A stretch of 61,264 bases of DNA, counting the filler, from Candidatus Woesearchaeota archaeon (lineage in GTDB: Archaea > Nanobdellota > Nanobdellia > Woesearchaeales > J072): assembly GCA_003695265.1 (NCBI GenBank). It is 13 parts of 13 records of this genome, joined end to end, with 100 filler letters (N's around TTAATTAATTAA, not from the genome) between each part and the next. Parts side by side here need not be neighbours in the genome. Positions count along the whole stretch, not along the records: positions 1 to 3,257 come from RFII01000027.1; positions 3,358 to 15,418 come from RFII01000028.1; 11 more parts are not named here. One strand, written 5' to 3'. Below the pieces are notes generated by a model. That model was not told where the DNA came from. It worked only from the letters and a program-made list of their open reading frames with translations, and did not search any database. Below, piece after piece: positions 1 to 9,092 of the stretch. Both the position numbers and the translations under genes were made by a program. Position 1 is the first letter of the stretch, and each line of letters begins with the position of its first letter.

Positions 1-150
1 AAAAACAAAGAAGAAGCAATAAAACAAATAGAACAAGCAAAACAACAAAAACAACAACAAGAACAACAACAAACCACACAAAAAAACGAACAACCAACAC
101 AGACTAATGACAAGCCATCAGCAACAGGAGAAGGTGAAGCAGCAGGATGA
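1..150 (+). CDS. C-terminal fragment of a Gln/Glu/Lys-rich low-complexity protein (5' truncated)
   Basis: Frame 1 is open from the window start (KNKEEAIKQIEQAKQQKQQQEQQQ...GEGEAAG) to TGA at 148-150. Confidence 0.5.
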   Translation, partial: KNKEEAIKQIEQAKQQKQQQEQQQTTQKNEQPTQTNDKPSATGEGEAAG

Positions 151-344
151 AAACAACAAATCACGACTTTTATGAGAAATACTTATTTTTTAGGGTTCAA
201 GATGAACAGGTCCATTATTGCGAAATACTAAGAATAAACTCTTATGAAAATTATGATTACAAAACAAAAGAAAAACAAAACGTTTTTTTGGGCTTTGCAA
301 ATGTGAAATATTTGCAAAACATTTTTAAAGAGAGTTATGCATAA

Positions 345-2111
345 GTGGTAATGATGGGAATACACCTGGAAGAGTACAGGCCGCCCGACGAGAGACCGAA
401 GCCAAGAAGGCTTTTTAACAAAGTGTCCCTCCTTTTGATATTCTTAATAGTCGGTCTTTCACTGGCTTTCTTTGTCAGGCCCGGCATTACAGGCCATGTC
501 AGCGCTATCAACAGCGTTGTCAGGATTGGAGAAAACCTAACAGGCAACATGACTTTCACGCTAGAAAACCCGGAAAACAAAACAATAAACATAAGCTCAA
601 TAAAAGTAAGCGGCAAGGTGATTGGAAACGGCAGCGTAAACATATTCCTTGAGGACCAGAATAAGAAAAGATACCTAATTTACACTAATAAGCCTGGAAA
701 AACTGGATTTGGAAGCATAACAGGGTTCTCTGTGCTATCAGTAACTGGTTCAACAGATGATTTAAAGATAGACCTTACTAAAGCAAGCGTTAGCCCTGAC
801 AACAAAGTTGTTTCAGGAATAGAAATCACAAATCTAGACACAACAAAAGCAGTTTCTATTGACAAGATAAGAGTCAGCTGGACTCCAGACAATGGAGAAA
901 AGCTGGAGGCTGTTGTGTTTGAGAACGAATTTAAGTTTTGGGATTACACAGGCATCACAGAAACTGTTGGGAAGCAGGGCTCAGGAAGCATGATAGAAGG
1001 AGTTGACTACCGCCTAAAAAAGGATGGATCAGTGAAGATTGACAAATTAGCCTTTGATAAGAACATGCTTGGAAAAAAGCTGACAATTGAGATTTTTTTC
1101 AGGATATACATGTCACAATTCATTTTGGGTGATGAGAAGAGCATCACAATCCAAATTCCAATAACAAAAGATTTGGGAAGCGTTGCAGAAGAAAAAGGGA
1201 AAGAATTGATTGAGAAAAAAGAAGCTGATTACTTAGACGTATTTGCATCTAAGTCCTTTTTGAGCCCAGATTTCACAAAAATTGAGAATTTGATTATAGA
1301 AAACACGAATGACGCCAAAAAAATAGGGATTGACAAGATAAAAGTCTTCTGGGAAACATACAATGGTGAGCTTATAGAAGAGATAATTATTGGAGGTAAG
1401 GTTTTCTGGAAGTATGAGTCAGTAGGAAAACCATTCGCAAAGCAGCCTAGAGGGGTCACTCTCGACGGTGAAGATTTTAACCTTGATGCAGGTTCTGTTT
1501 ATATTGTTGATAGTATAAGATTTGATTCTGTCATGAACGAAAAAAAGTTCAGGCTTGAGTTCATTATGAATGATGGCTCTGTTAAGGTAAAAGAATTTGC
1601 TGTGAAGACAAAAAAAGAAACTAATGAGACAAAAGTTACAACCACAGATAATGAAACTGTTTTGGGTAGCGGTATAGGTAAAAGTACAGGAGAAGCGCTG
1701 CCAGCAGGCCCGAAAGGGTACATTCCGCCGAATCCGAAGCAGAACCTTATAAAAGAAATAATATCTCCCGCGGGCAGAGTTACAGGAAACGTTGTTTTCA
1801 GGATGGATTCTTATGTTCCCCCAATTACTCCTGTTGAGAGTGTGGCATCTGGAGGCCATGCCCCTGCAGGAAGCGGGACTGCTGAAAGTGGTGGCACAGG
1901 AAGTTCTGGAAGGAAAAGCCAGAACAAAATTCCTGCAATCGGAAAGCAAATACAGGAATTGCCTGAATTGGCTAACAAGCCTAAAGAGGTTGATGTTGCG
2001 TGCGTTGATACGTGCGAGTTCCCAGAGCCATTAAGGCAGACCAGCTACAAAATCATATTTAACATTGATTATGGGACAATATTCCACCTTGACAAAATAA
2101 TTTATTATTAG
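345..2111 (+). CDS. Membrane-anchored surface/secreted protein with an internally duplicated domain
   Basis: 588-aa ORF with one N-terminal TM (SLLLIFLIVGLSLAFFV). Two similar repeats (SVSPDNKVVSGIEITN...IDKIRVSW / FLSPDFTKIENLIIEN...IDKIKVFW). True start is probably ATG 351 or 354. Confidence 0.75.
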   Translation: MVMMGIHLEEYRPPDERPKPRRLFNKVSLLLIFLIVGLSLAFFVRPGITGHVSAINSVVRIGENLTGNMTFTLENPENKTINISSIKVSGKVIGNGSVNIFLEDQNKKRYLIYTNKPGKTGFGSITGFSVLSVTGSTDDLKIDLTKASVSPDNKVVSGIEITNLDTTKAVSIDKIRVSWTPDNGEKLEAVVFENEFKFWDYTGITETVGKQGSGSMIEGVDYRLKKDGSVKIDKLAFDKNMLGKKLTIEIFFRIYMSQFILGDEKSITIQIPITKDLGSVAEEKGKELIEKKEADYLDVFASKSFLSPDFTKIENLIIENTNDAKKIGIDKIKVFWETYNGELIEEIIIGGKVFWKYESVGKPFAKQPRGVTLDGEDFNLDAGSVYIVDSIRFDSVMNEKKFRLEFIMNDGSVKVKEFAVKTKKETNETKVTTTDNETVLGSGIGKSTGEALPAGPKGYIPPNPKQNLIKEIISPAGRVTGNVVFRMDSYVPPITPVESVASGGHAPAGSGTAESGGTGSSGRKSQNKIPAIGKQIQELPELANKPKEVDVACVDTCEFPEPLRQTSYKIIFNIDYGTIFHLDKIIYY

Positions 2112-2121
2112 TGGTGTTCTT

Positions 2122-2565
2122 ATGGTAGTGATTAAAATCCCGAAAGATGATGAGATTGAAGCTGAGCTCCAGGAGCTGAAAGACCAGTTCAAGGAGATAA
2201 AAGAGGAGATGAGCGCTCTCAGGAAGATGGGCAAGGAAATTCCAGAAGCAGAGAACCTCGCCCTGACTTTTCAGCCAAGAATGAAAATAGCGTCTGTCAC
2301 CTATGATAGGAGAGACATAACAAAACTAAAAGAGCTTCTTATTGAGATAAGAGTTGAGCTTAACGCCGCAAAAAGGGGCTCTGACTTTGACCATATCCTC
2401 AGTGCTATAAGGGAGGCTTACGAATTCATAAGGCAGAAAAAGTTTTCTGAGGCAAAAGAGAAGTACAAGTACATAATGGAAAAGTACAAGGAGATTGACA
2501 GTGACTCAAGATCCTTGGTGTATGAGGCGTGCGTTGACATACACCACAAGCTCAAGGGAAAATAA
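2122..2565 (+). CDS. Hypothetical helical/coiled-coil protein
   Basis: 147-aa ORF in operon spacing with both neighbours. Confidence 0.7.
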   Translation: MVVIKIPKDDEIEAELQELKDQFKEIKEEMSALRKMGKEIPEAENLALTFQPRMKIASVTYDRRDITKLKELLIEIRVELNAAKRGSDFDHILSAIREAYEFIRQKKFSEAKEKYKYIMEKYKEIDSDSRSLVYEACVDIHHKLKGK

Positions 2566-2571
2566 TTTAAG

Positions 2572-3257
2572 ATGATGGAGCCAGAGGAGATTGACAACTG
2601 GTACGACGAAGAAAAAGAGAAGCTGACAGAAGAGTTCATAAAAAAAGTTAACCTGTACAAAGAAGCCCTGTTTGAGGGAATTGAGTTTAAGGGCAAGACA
2701 CCAAATGAGCTTGAGCCGATATATTTGAAGAAGCTTGAGGAGCTGCGATTAAAGAGGCAGAAGCTTTTCGATCAATACAGGAAAAGCCAGGAGCGCTCAA
2801 AAATAATCAAATTGATTAGAAGAATTCTTTTTTTCCCTTTTAGATTGTTATGGAAAGCTTTACAAGTACTGCTTTGGCCGTTCCGCAAGCCGTTGAGAAA
2901 GATGAAGAGTAAGCTAAAAACAAATTTTGACAACAGGATAAAGCCGTTTTTGCTCAAGTATTACTTCAAATTTATCTATTTTCTTGTGTTCAAAGTCAGG
3001 CCTGTTTTCCTTCCGGTTTACAGGCCCGTAAAGAGCTTTTTGAAGCGAATTATAGTAAGGCCCATAAAGAAGATAATCAGAAACATAAAAGCGCTAATAG
3101 ACAAAATAAAAAACATAATAATTGATTTTATAAAGAAAGTTGTTGATAAACTAATGAAATGGCTGAAAAAAGCCTTGGAATTCCTTAAAAAATATGGTGG
3201 GGTTGCTGCGAAATTCATAAGTAAATGGGTAAAGAAAATATCTAAAATTATAAAAAA
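2572..3257 (+). CDS. Hypothetical basic, Lys-rich protein (3' truncated by contig end)
   Basis: ORF runs into the N linker at 3258. Confidence 0.65.
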
Positions 3258-3357
3258 NNNNNNNNNNNNNNNNNNNNNNNNNNNNNNNNNNNNNNNNNNN
3301 NTTAATTAATTAANNNNNNNNNNNNNNNNNNNNNNNNNNNNNNNNNNNNNNNNNNNN
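3258..3357. other. Artificial contig linker (first of 12; others at 15419-15518, 24453-24552, 28823-28922, 31623-31722, 34240-34339, 36990-37089, 40510-40609, 44615-44714, 48092-48191, 51874-51973, 57378-57477)
   Basis: Identical 100-nt blocks of N with a central TTAATTAATTAA, which gives stops in all six frames. Confidence 0.98.
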
Positions 3358-3540
3358 AAACGCTTTTTACCAGATTTTGGCAAAAATCTGTTTCGAACCC
3401 GGATCGACGGCTTGGAAGGCCGTAATCATCTATGGCAACCGGTTGCGAACGTTAGTGAGCGCAGGCGGGTAAGCGAAGCGCATCCCGCCTCTTGCGTGTC
3501 GACCGAGCGTAACCAGTCGTAGCCATTAGACCACCGGCGC
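3358..3540 (-). tRNA. tRNA-Gly(TCC) with D-loop intron (3430-3520, 91 nt) and T-loop 59/60 intron (3391 to contig end); 3' end missing
   Basis: Minus strand reads GCGCCGGTGGTCTAATGGCT|intron|ATGATTACGGCCTTCCAAGCCGTCGATCCGGGTTCGAA|ACAGATTTTTGCC... The D-loop BHB has central helix ATGG:CCAT and bulges CTA/AGA. Confidence 0.9.
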
Positions 3541-3616
3541 AAATTTTTGGGAAAAATTTGATAAAAACCACTCATGTGGCATGTTCACTTCGTGAAATGC
3601 CACGAACCTTTACAGT
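3541..3616. mobile_element. Free-standing (non-intronic) copy of the T-loop intron element
   Basis: + strand AAATTTTTGGGAAAAATTTGATAAAAACCACTCATGTGGCATGTTCACTTCGTGAAATGCCACGAACCTTTACAGT aligns along its length with the tRNA-Gly(GCC) T-loop intron (51779-51853), with compensatory stem changes. Confidence 0.7.
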
Positions 3617-3643
3617 GGGGCTAAACTCTGCTTATGCCCCACA
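3615..3643 (-). promoter_or_regulatory. Conserved hairpin in the tRNA-Gly(TCC) 5' leader
   Basis: Minus strand GTGGGGCATAAGCAGAGTTTAGCCCCAC; homolog at 51522-51549. A TATA-like TTTATAAA lies near 3674-3681. Confidence 0.6.
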
Positions 3644-3795
3644 CAGCTTAAAAAAAGTGAGAAAATCATGTGTTTTATAAAGTTTTTGAATAAATTTGGT
3701 ATTAAGGAAAGGATATTTTTCTTTAAACAATTAAATAAAGGGAATAAGGTAAGCTGAAAGCAATTTTTAAGACTTAATAAATTTTTTATCCCAAA

Positions 3796-3894
3796 GTGCT
3801 GCCAACTTAAGTGAGAAAGCTTTCGTGCGTTGGGTGGTGTGGGTGGGACTAAAAAAATTTCATAATCTCTTAACTCAACAAAATTGGTTTAACC
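3796..3894 (+). mobile_element. MITE-like repeat, copy 1 of 5
   Basis: Core GGTGGTGTGGGTGGGACTAAAAA. Flanks TTATCCCAAA (3786-3795) and TTATCCCCAA (3895-3904). Confidence 0.8.
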
Positions 3895-4584
3895 TTATCC
3901 CCAATGGTCCAGCCTTATTTTGGAATGGTGGACGCCGTGCACTTCTAAGTCGTGCGTGACGTGGTTTATCATTGCTTGCGGCCCGCACATGTAGTAAGTT
4001 CTTTCGATGAAGTCTGGTACTTGCTCTAGAATGAAGTTCCAGTCTATGAAGCCTGTGTGCCATTGCCAGCCTTCCTTCCAATGATCGACGGTGAATGCTA
4101 TGTGAATATTGGCATTGTTGTCGTGTATTCTTTGAAGCTCTTCCCTGTACAGGATTTCGTCAGGGCTTCTTGAGCCGTAGAGCACTATTATGTTGTTGTC
4201 CAGCTTTTTGTCAACAACGTACCTTAACATGCTGATTATAGGAGTGATTCCTGTTCCTCCAACTACAAAGCACAGCTTTTTTATGCTTTCGTCAAAGTGG
4301 AAGTGGCCGAATGGCCCTCTAACCTTGAAAGTGTCTCCTTCTTTCATCTCAAAAATAATAGGGGAGACTTTTCCATGAGGGATTTTTCTTATGGTGAATT
4401 CAACGTACTCTTTTTGGGTGGGAGATGAGGCAATAGAATAAGCCCTCCTTTCAAGGACGCCGTCAATCTCAAGAGTTATTATGATGAACTGGCCTGGCGT
4501 GAAGTCGAGCGGCTTCTCGAGTTTGAAGCGGAAAGTCTTAACGTCAGGAGTCTGCTGAATCACTTTTATGATCTTAGCGTCCAT
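3895..4584 (-). CDS. FAD-dependent oxidoreductase, ferredoxin-NADP+ reductase (FNR) family
   Basis: RAYSIAS FAD motif, GPFG, GGTGITP and YMCGP NAD(P) motifs. Confidence 0.92.
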   Translation of the reverse strand: MDAKIIKVIQQTPDVKTFRFKLEKPLDFTPGQFIIITLEIDGVLERRAYSIASSPTQKEYVEFTIRKIPHGKVSPIIFEMKEGDTFKVRGPFGHFHFDESIKKLCFVVGGTGITPIISMLRYVVDKKLDNNIIVLYGSRSPDEILYREELQRIHDNNANIHIAFTVDHWKEGWQWHTGFIDWNFILEQVPDFIERTYYMCGPQAMINHVTHDLEVHGVHHSKIRLDHWG

Positions 4585-4688
4585 AGGTTATTATTTGCTT
4601 TTCTTGATTTATAAATGTTAGGAAATTTGATTACTACTTAGGAATGAACCATTAAGTTATTAAAGAGAGGCGTGCAGAATCTAAGTGT

Positions 4689-6422
4689 ATGAAGGTTGTT
4701 AACAAGCTGAGCTGGATGATTGGTGGCGAGGCAGGCTACGGCATAATGAACACGGGCCGCATCTTTGCCAAAACTTTTACTCGTGGAGGCCTCAACGTTT
4801 TTGGTTATAATGAGTATCCTTCTTTGGTGCGCGGAGGCCACAACGTTTACCACATAAGGGTTGAGGATGATCCTATAAATGCTGCTGTTAAGCCTGTTGA
4901 CCTTTTAGTAGCATTAAACCATGAGACTATAGACAGACATAAAGATGATTTGACAAACGGCGGTGGAGTGATTTATGATGAGGACGTGAACCTTGAGAAG
5001 CATGAGATTAAGTCAAAGGCGAGGCTTTACCCTGTGCCACTAATAAAAATAGCAAAGGACATTGCTGGGAAAGACTTGATGAAGAACACTGTTGCTTTAG
5101 GCGCTTCAGTTGCTTTGATCGGGTATGATTTTGAAATACTCGCTTCTGTTCTGAGGGACACTTTTAAGAAAAAAGGAAAAGCAATTGTTGAGAGCAACGT
5201 TAAATGCGCCAGGGCAGGTTATGATTATGTTAGTGAGAAAGGATGGCATGATGGCTTTACGCATAAGCTGCACAAAATAAGTGATAAGAAGAAAATATTA
5301 ATGACTGGCAATGAGGCTCTTGCTCTTGGCGCGATAGCAGGTGGCCTTGACTTTTATGTTGCTTACCCTATGACGCCGAGCTCCTCAATACTCCATTATA
5401 TGGTCGCGAAGCAGAAGGAGTACAAGTTTTTTGCAAAGCACGTTTGTGACGAGATTGAGGCTGTTAACATGGCTTTGGGAGCTAGCTATGCAGGCGCCAG
5501 GGCAATGGTAGGCACTGCCACGGGAGGCTTTGCCTTAATGGTTGAGACGCTGAGTTTTGCTGGTATGTGCGAAGTGCCCATAACCTTTGTTGTTTCGCAA
5601 AGGGGCGCTCCTGCCACTGGGCTGCCGACTTGGACGAGCCAGACTGACTTAAAATTTTTTATAAACGCAGGCCACGGCGAATTTCCGAGGATAGTGGTGG
5701 CTCCTGGAGATGCTAAAGAAACTTTTTACGTGGCAGCAGAGGCCATGAACTTAGCTGAGAAATTCCAGATTCCTGTAATCATTGCTTTGGACAAGTACCT
5801 TTCTGAAAGCGTGTACAGCATTGACCACCTTTACCCTAAAAGAGCAAGAATTGACCGCGGATTAATAGTTAAAAACCCGAAGAAAGGCTTTAAGAGGTAT
5901 GAGGTAACAAAAACAGGTGTTTCTCCCAGGACTTTGCCTGGAACGCCGAATGGTTTTTATGCGTGCAACAGCGACGAGCACAACGAGTTCGGCTACTCGA
6001 ATGAGGAGATAAAGAACAGGAACATGCAGTACAGCAAGAGGATGAAGAAGCTTAAGGAGATAAGGAAAGTCTTGCCGAAGCCTGTGCTTTACGGCAGCAG
6101 GAAAGCTGAACTCACCTTGATAACTTGGGGATCCACGAAAGGGGCTGCGTTGGATGCGATGCATTTCCTGAAGAATGAGGGTATTAACGTGAATGTTCTT
6201 CAAGTAACTTATGTTTTTCCATTCCCCACAAATGAGATTAACAGGGTTATGAAGAAGAACAAAGTTCTTGTTATAGAGAATAATTATACTGGTCAGTTCG
6301 CCTCTCTGATAAGGGAGCACACAGGCGTGAAAGTGAAGAACAGGCTGAACAAGTATGATGGAAGGCCGATTTATCCTGTTGAAATAATCCATAAGGTTCG
6401 TGAGGTTTTGCGAAATGGTTAA
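4689..6422 (+). CDS. 2-oxoacid:ferredoxin oxidoreductase alpha subunit (gamma-alpha fusion)
   Basis: GGEAGYG, VRGG, MTGNEA, YPMTPSS, GLPT, WGST motifs. Confidence 0.95.
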   Translation: MKVVNKLSWMIGGEAGYGIMNTGRIFAKTFTRGGLNVFGYNEYPSLVRGGHNVYHIRVEDDPINAAVKPVDLLVALNHETIDRHKDDLTNGGGVIYDEDVNLEKHEIKSKARLYPVPLIKIAKDIAGKDLMKNTVALGASVALIGYDFEILASVLRDTFKKKGKAIVESNVKCARAGYDYVSEKGWHDGFTHKLHKISDKKKILMTGNEALALGAIAGGLDFYVAYPMTPSSSILHYMVAKQKEYKFFAKHVCDEIEAVNMALGASYAGARAMVGTATGGFALMVETLSFAGMCEVPITFVVSQRGAPATGLPTWTSQTDLKFFINAGHGEFPRIVVAPGDAKETFYVAAEAMNLAEKFQIPVIIALDKYLSESVYSIDHLYPKRARIDRGLIVKNPKKGFKRYEVTKTGVSPRTLPGTPNGFYACNSDEHNEFGYSNEEIKNRNMQYSKRMKKLKEIRKVLPKPVLYGSRKAELTLITWGSTKGAALDAMHFLKNEGINVNVLQVTYVFPFPTNEINRVMKKNKVLVIENNYTGQFASLIREHTGVKVKNRLNKYDGRPIYPVEIIHKVREVLRNG

Positions 6423-7266
6423 GCCAGCTGACTTAAAAACAGATGAGGTTATAACGTTTTGCCCTGGCTGCGGCAATTATGGGATTCTGGCAGCTTTGAA
6501 GAACGCTGTTTCAGAGCTCGGCCTGAGAGAGGAGGACGTTGTAATAGTTTCAGGAGTTGGGTGCCACGGCCACATGGCAAATTTTGTAAGGGTTTACACT
6601 GTCCAAAGCCTCCACGGAAGGCCTGTCCCTTTTGCTATGGGAGTTAAGATAGCCAATAAGAAGCTTCACGTAATCGTGCTTTCTGGAGATGGGGACAGTT
6701 TTGGTGAGGGCTTAAACCACTTCATAAATGTTATGAGGGGCAACAGCAACATAACCTACATTTGCCATGATAATATTATTTACGGCTTGACAACAGGCCA
6801 GAGGTCTCCAACAGCAGACAAGTCAATGATAACAAAGAGCACTCCTTTCGGAGCTCCGGAAATAAGGATAATTCCTGTCAAGCTAGCATTGGTCAGCGGA
6901 GCAACATTCGTTGCTAGGAGCTACGCGGGAGACATAAGGCACTTAACAGATATTATAAAGCAGGGAATAAAGCATGAGGGCATATCATTCATTGATGTGC
7001 TGCAACCTTGCGTGACTTTCAACAAGATAAACACTTTTGACTTTTATAACAAGAGAGTGTACAAGCTGGAGAAGGCAAGGCATAACAAGAAAAGCCTTGC
7101 AAGCGCTCTGAAAAAAGCTGAGGAGTGGGGCGACAAAATACCCATCGGCGTTTTTTATCAGGAAAGAAGGGAAACCTTTGATGAGTTCTTCAAGCAAAAG
7201 CAGCCATTGATAAGCAGGAACAGGAGCAAGATTGACGTCTCAAAAACATTGGAAGAGCACAAATAG
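6415..7266 (+). CDS. 2-oxoacid:ferredoxin oxidoreductase beta subunit
   Basis: FCPGCG, SGVGC, HGR, TPP-binding GDGD, YGLTTGQ, QPCVTFN. ATG 6415 overlaps the end of the alpha gene. Confidence 0.95.
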   Translation: MVKPADLKTDEVITFCPGCGNYGILAALKNAVSELGLREEDVVIVSGVGCHGHMANFVRVYTVQSLHGRPVPFAMGVKIANKKLHVIVLSGDGDSFGEGLNHFINVMRGNSNITYICHDNIIYGLTTGQRSPTADKSMITKSTPFGAPEIRIIPVKLALVSGATFVARSYAGDIRHLTDIIKQGIKHEGISFIDVLQPCVTFNKINTFDFYNKRVYKLEKARHNKKSLASALKKAEEWGDKIPIGVFYQERRETFDEFFKQKQPLISRNRSKIDVSKTLEEHK

Positions 7267-7302
7267 AAAAGTTTTTTAAAAAATCAAACAAAATATGTTT
7301 TT

Positions 7303-7947
7303 ATGACCACAATACTCGTGTTTTGCGCGCATTCAGACGACCAAATATTTGGGCTGGGAGGCACGTTAGCGAAGTACGCGGAGGAAGGCGCGAGGATTTA
7401 CACTTACATTTTCTCTTTTGGAGAGCAAAGCCACCCATGGCTGAAGAGGCACGTTTCAGTAGAGATGAGAAAAAAGGAGAGTGAGAAAGCAGACAAAGTG
7501 ATTAAAGGGAGTGGAGTGAGGTTTTTTGATTTGAGGGAAGGCCACTTCCTTGAGGACGCTGAGAAAAAAGGGATAAAAGAAAAAGTCAAGGACATAATCA
7601 AGAAGAAGAAGCCTGACAAAATATTTATTCACTCAGAGGATGACCCTCATCCTGACCATAAGGCGATAAACAGCATAATACTTGACGTTGTTGATAGCCT
7701 GAGAGAGAAAATTGACGTTTATTCTTTTGATGTGTGGAATCCTGTAAAGCTCAGAAAAAGGGATTCTCCGAAAATGGTTGTTGACACTTCCTCAACTTTT
7801 AAGACAAAGATTAATGCTTTAAAGTGTTTTGCAAGCCAGAAAATGACCATGATTTTCCTATTGGTTCCTGGTGTTTACTTGAGAGATTTTTTTAACGGCT
7901 TGAACAACCATGCGAGGTTCGCAGAGGTGTTTAGGAAAGTAAGATGA
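7303..7947 (+). CDS. PIG-L/LmbE-family N-deacetylase
   Basis: AHSDD and HPDH metal-binding motifs; K..AL.CFASQ. Confidence 0.9.
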   Translation: MTTILVFCAHSDDQIFGLGGTLAKYAEEGARIYTYIFSFGEQSHPWLKRHVSVEMRKKESEKADKVIKGSGVRFFDLREGHFLEDAEKKGIKEKVKDIIKKKKPDKIFIHSEDDPHPDHKAINSIILDVVDSLREKIDVYSFDVWNPVKLRKRDSPKMVVDTSSTFKTKINALKCFASQKMTMIFLLVPGVYLRDFFNGLNNHARFAEVFRKVR

Positions 7948-9077
7948 AAAAGCTATTGATCGTGACAGACAATTACTTGCCGAGGTGGGACGGCATTGCC
8001 AGGTTTTTGCTAGAAATAGTACCTGAATTAACAAAACATTTCAAAGTGACAATAGTAGCGCCTGACTTCAAAATAAAGGGAATGCCTGGAAAGATAGAAG
8101 GAGTTAGGCTTGTACGCTTGAGAACGTATAATTTCAGGATCGGTGATTTTATTCCTGCAAGGTTCCACAAAAAAGAGCTTAGGAATGAGGTGAGAAAGAA
8201 TGAGTTGGTGTGGGCTCAGACTATTGGGCCTCTGGGAATAAGTGCCATAAAAGCAGCAAAGAAGTATCGCAAGCCGGTTGTTTCATTTGTGCACAGCATC
8301 GAATGGGATCTCGTAACAAAAAGCATCTCAAACTACAATCCTTTCAAGCATTTCGCCAATGTTTTCGTGAAGTTTTTTGCCAGGAGCATTTATAACAAAT
8401 GCGACCTTTTAATGATGCCAAGCGATGAGGTTGCGGACCTTTACATGTGGCAGGGCATCAAAACACGAAAAGTTGTTGTTAATCTTGGAGTGGACTGCAG
8501 TCGCTTCAGGCCTGCTGTGAGCAAGCCTAATGCCAAGCGCAGAATAGGCATAAACCCGAGCATGAAAGTAGTTGGATTCACTGGAAGGATTGGAAGGGAA
8601 AAGGACTTGATGACATTGCTGAGGGCTTTTGTCTGGCTGCAAAAAAGTTATGACAAAGCAGTCCTACTCATCGTTGGTGTCGGTCTCAAAGAGCTTGAAT
8701 CAAGTTTCAGGAAGAGGAAAAACGTGGTCCTCGCAGGCTCAACAGACAACGTTGTTCCTTTCCTTCAGGCAATGGATGTTTTCGTGCTTCCTTCGCTGAC
8801 AGAGACTTCTTCCTTGGCTACTATGGAGGCAATGGCTTGCGGGCTTCCAGTAGTGGCAACGCCTGTCGGCTATGTGAAGAGTTATGTTAAGAACGGTTAT
8901 AATGGTTATTTGTTTCCTTTAAGGAACTCGTATGCTTTGTACACAAGGCTAAGGAGTCTTCTTAAGAATGATAGCTTAAGGTCGAAGCTTGGAAGGAACG
9001 CAAGGGCAACAGCAACTCAGAGGTTTAGGTGGAAGGACACAAAAGAAAAAATTATTAGCATACTTAAGGAATATTAA
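7944..9077 (+). CDS. Glycosyltransferase family 4 (GT-B)
   Basis: GRIGREK, DVFVLPSLTETSSLATMEAMACGLPVV. Confidence 0.92.
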   Translation: MKKLLIVTDNYLPRWDGIARFLLEIVPELTKHFKVTIVAPDFKIKGMPGKIEGVRLVRLRTYNFRIGDFIPARFHKKELRNEVRKNELVWAQTIGPLGISAIKAAKKYRKPVVSFVHSIEWDLVTKSISNYNPFKHFANVFVKFFARSIYNKCDLLMMPSDEVADLYMWQGIKTRKVVVNLGVDCSRFRPAVSKPNAKRRIGINPSMKVVGFTGRIGREKDLMTLLRAFVWLQKSYDKAVLLIVGVGLKELESSFRKRKNVVLAGSTDNVVPFLQAMDVFVLPSLTETSSLATMEAMACGLPVVATPVGYVKSYVKNGYNGYLFPLRNSYALYTRLRSLLKNDSLRSKLGRNARATATQRFRWKDTKEKIISILKEY

Positions 9078-9092
9078 GGTTTTGGTTAAGTA

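Noticed and set aside
147..344. 65-aa ORF between two genes
   Set aside because: No motif, AT-rich, and it overlaps the likely promoter region of the 345-2111 gene.
3258..3357. TTAATTAATTAA repeated 12 times inside N runs
   Set aside because: Artificial six-frame-stop linker. It is not a biological repeat, and ORFs ending in X runs are truncations.
3796..3894. MITE-like repeats read as CRISPR repeats or integron attC sites
   Set aside because: Copies are dispersed singly with no spacers, cas or integrase genes. They lack the RYYYAAC...GTTRRRY arrangement, and flanking direct repeats fit transposition better.
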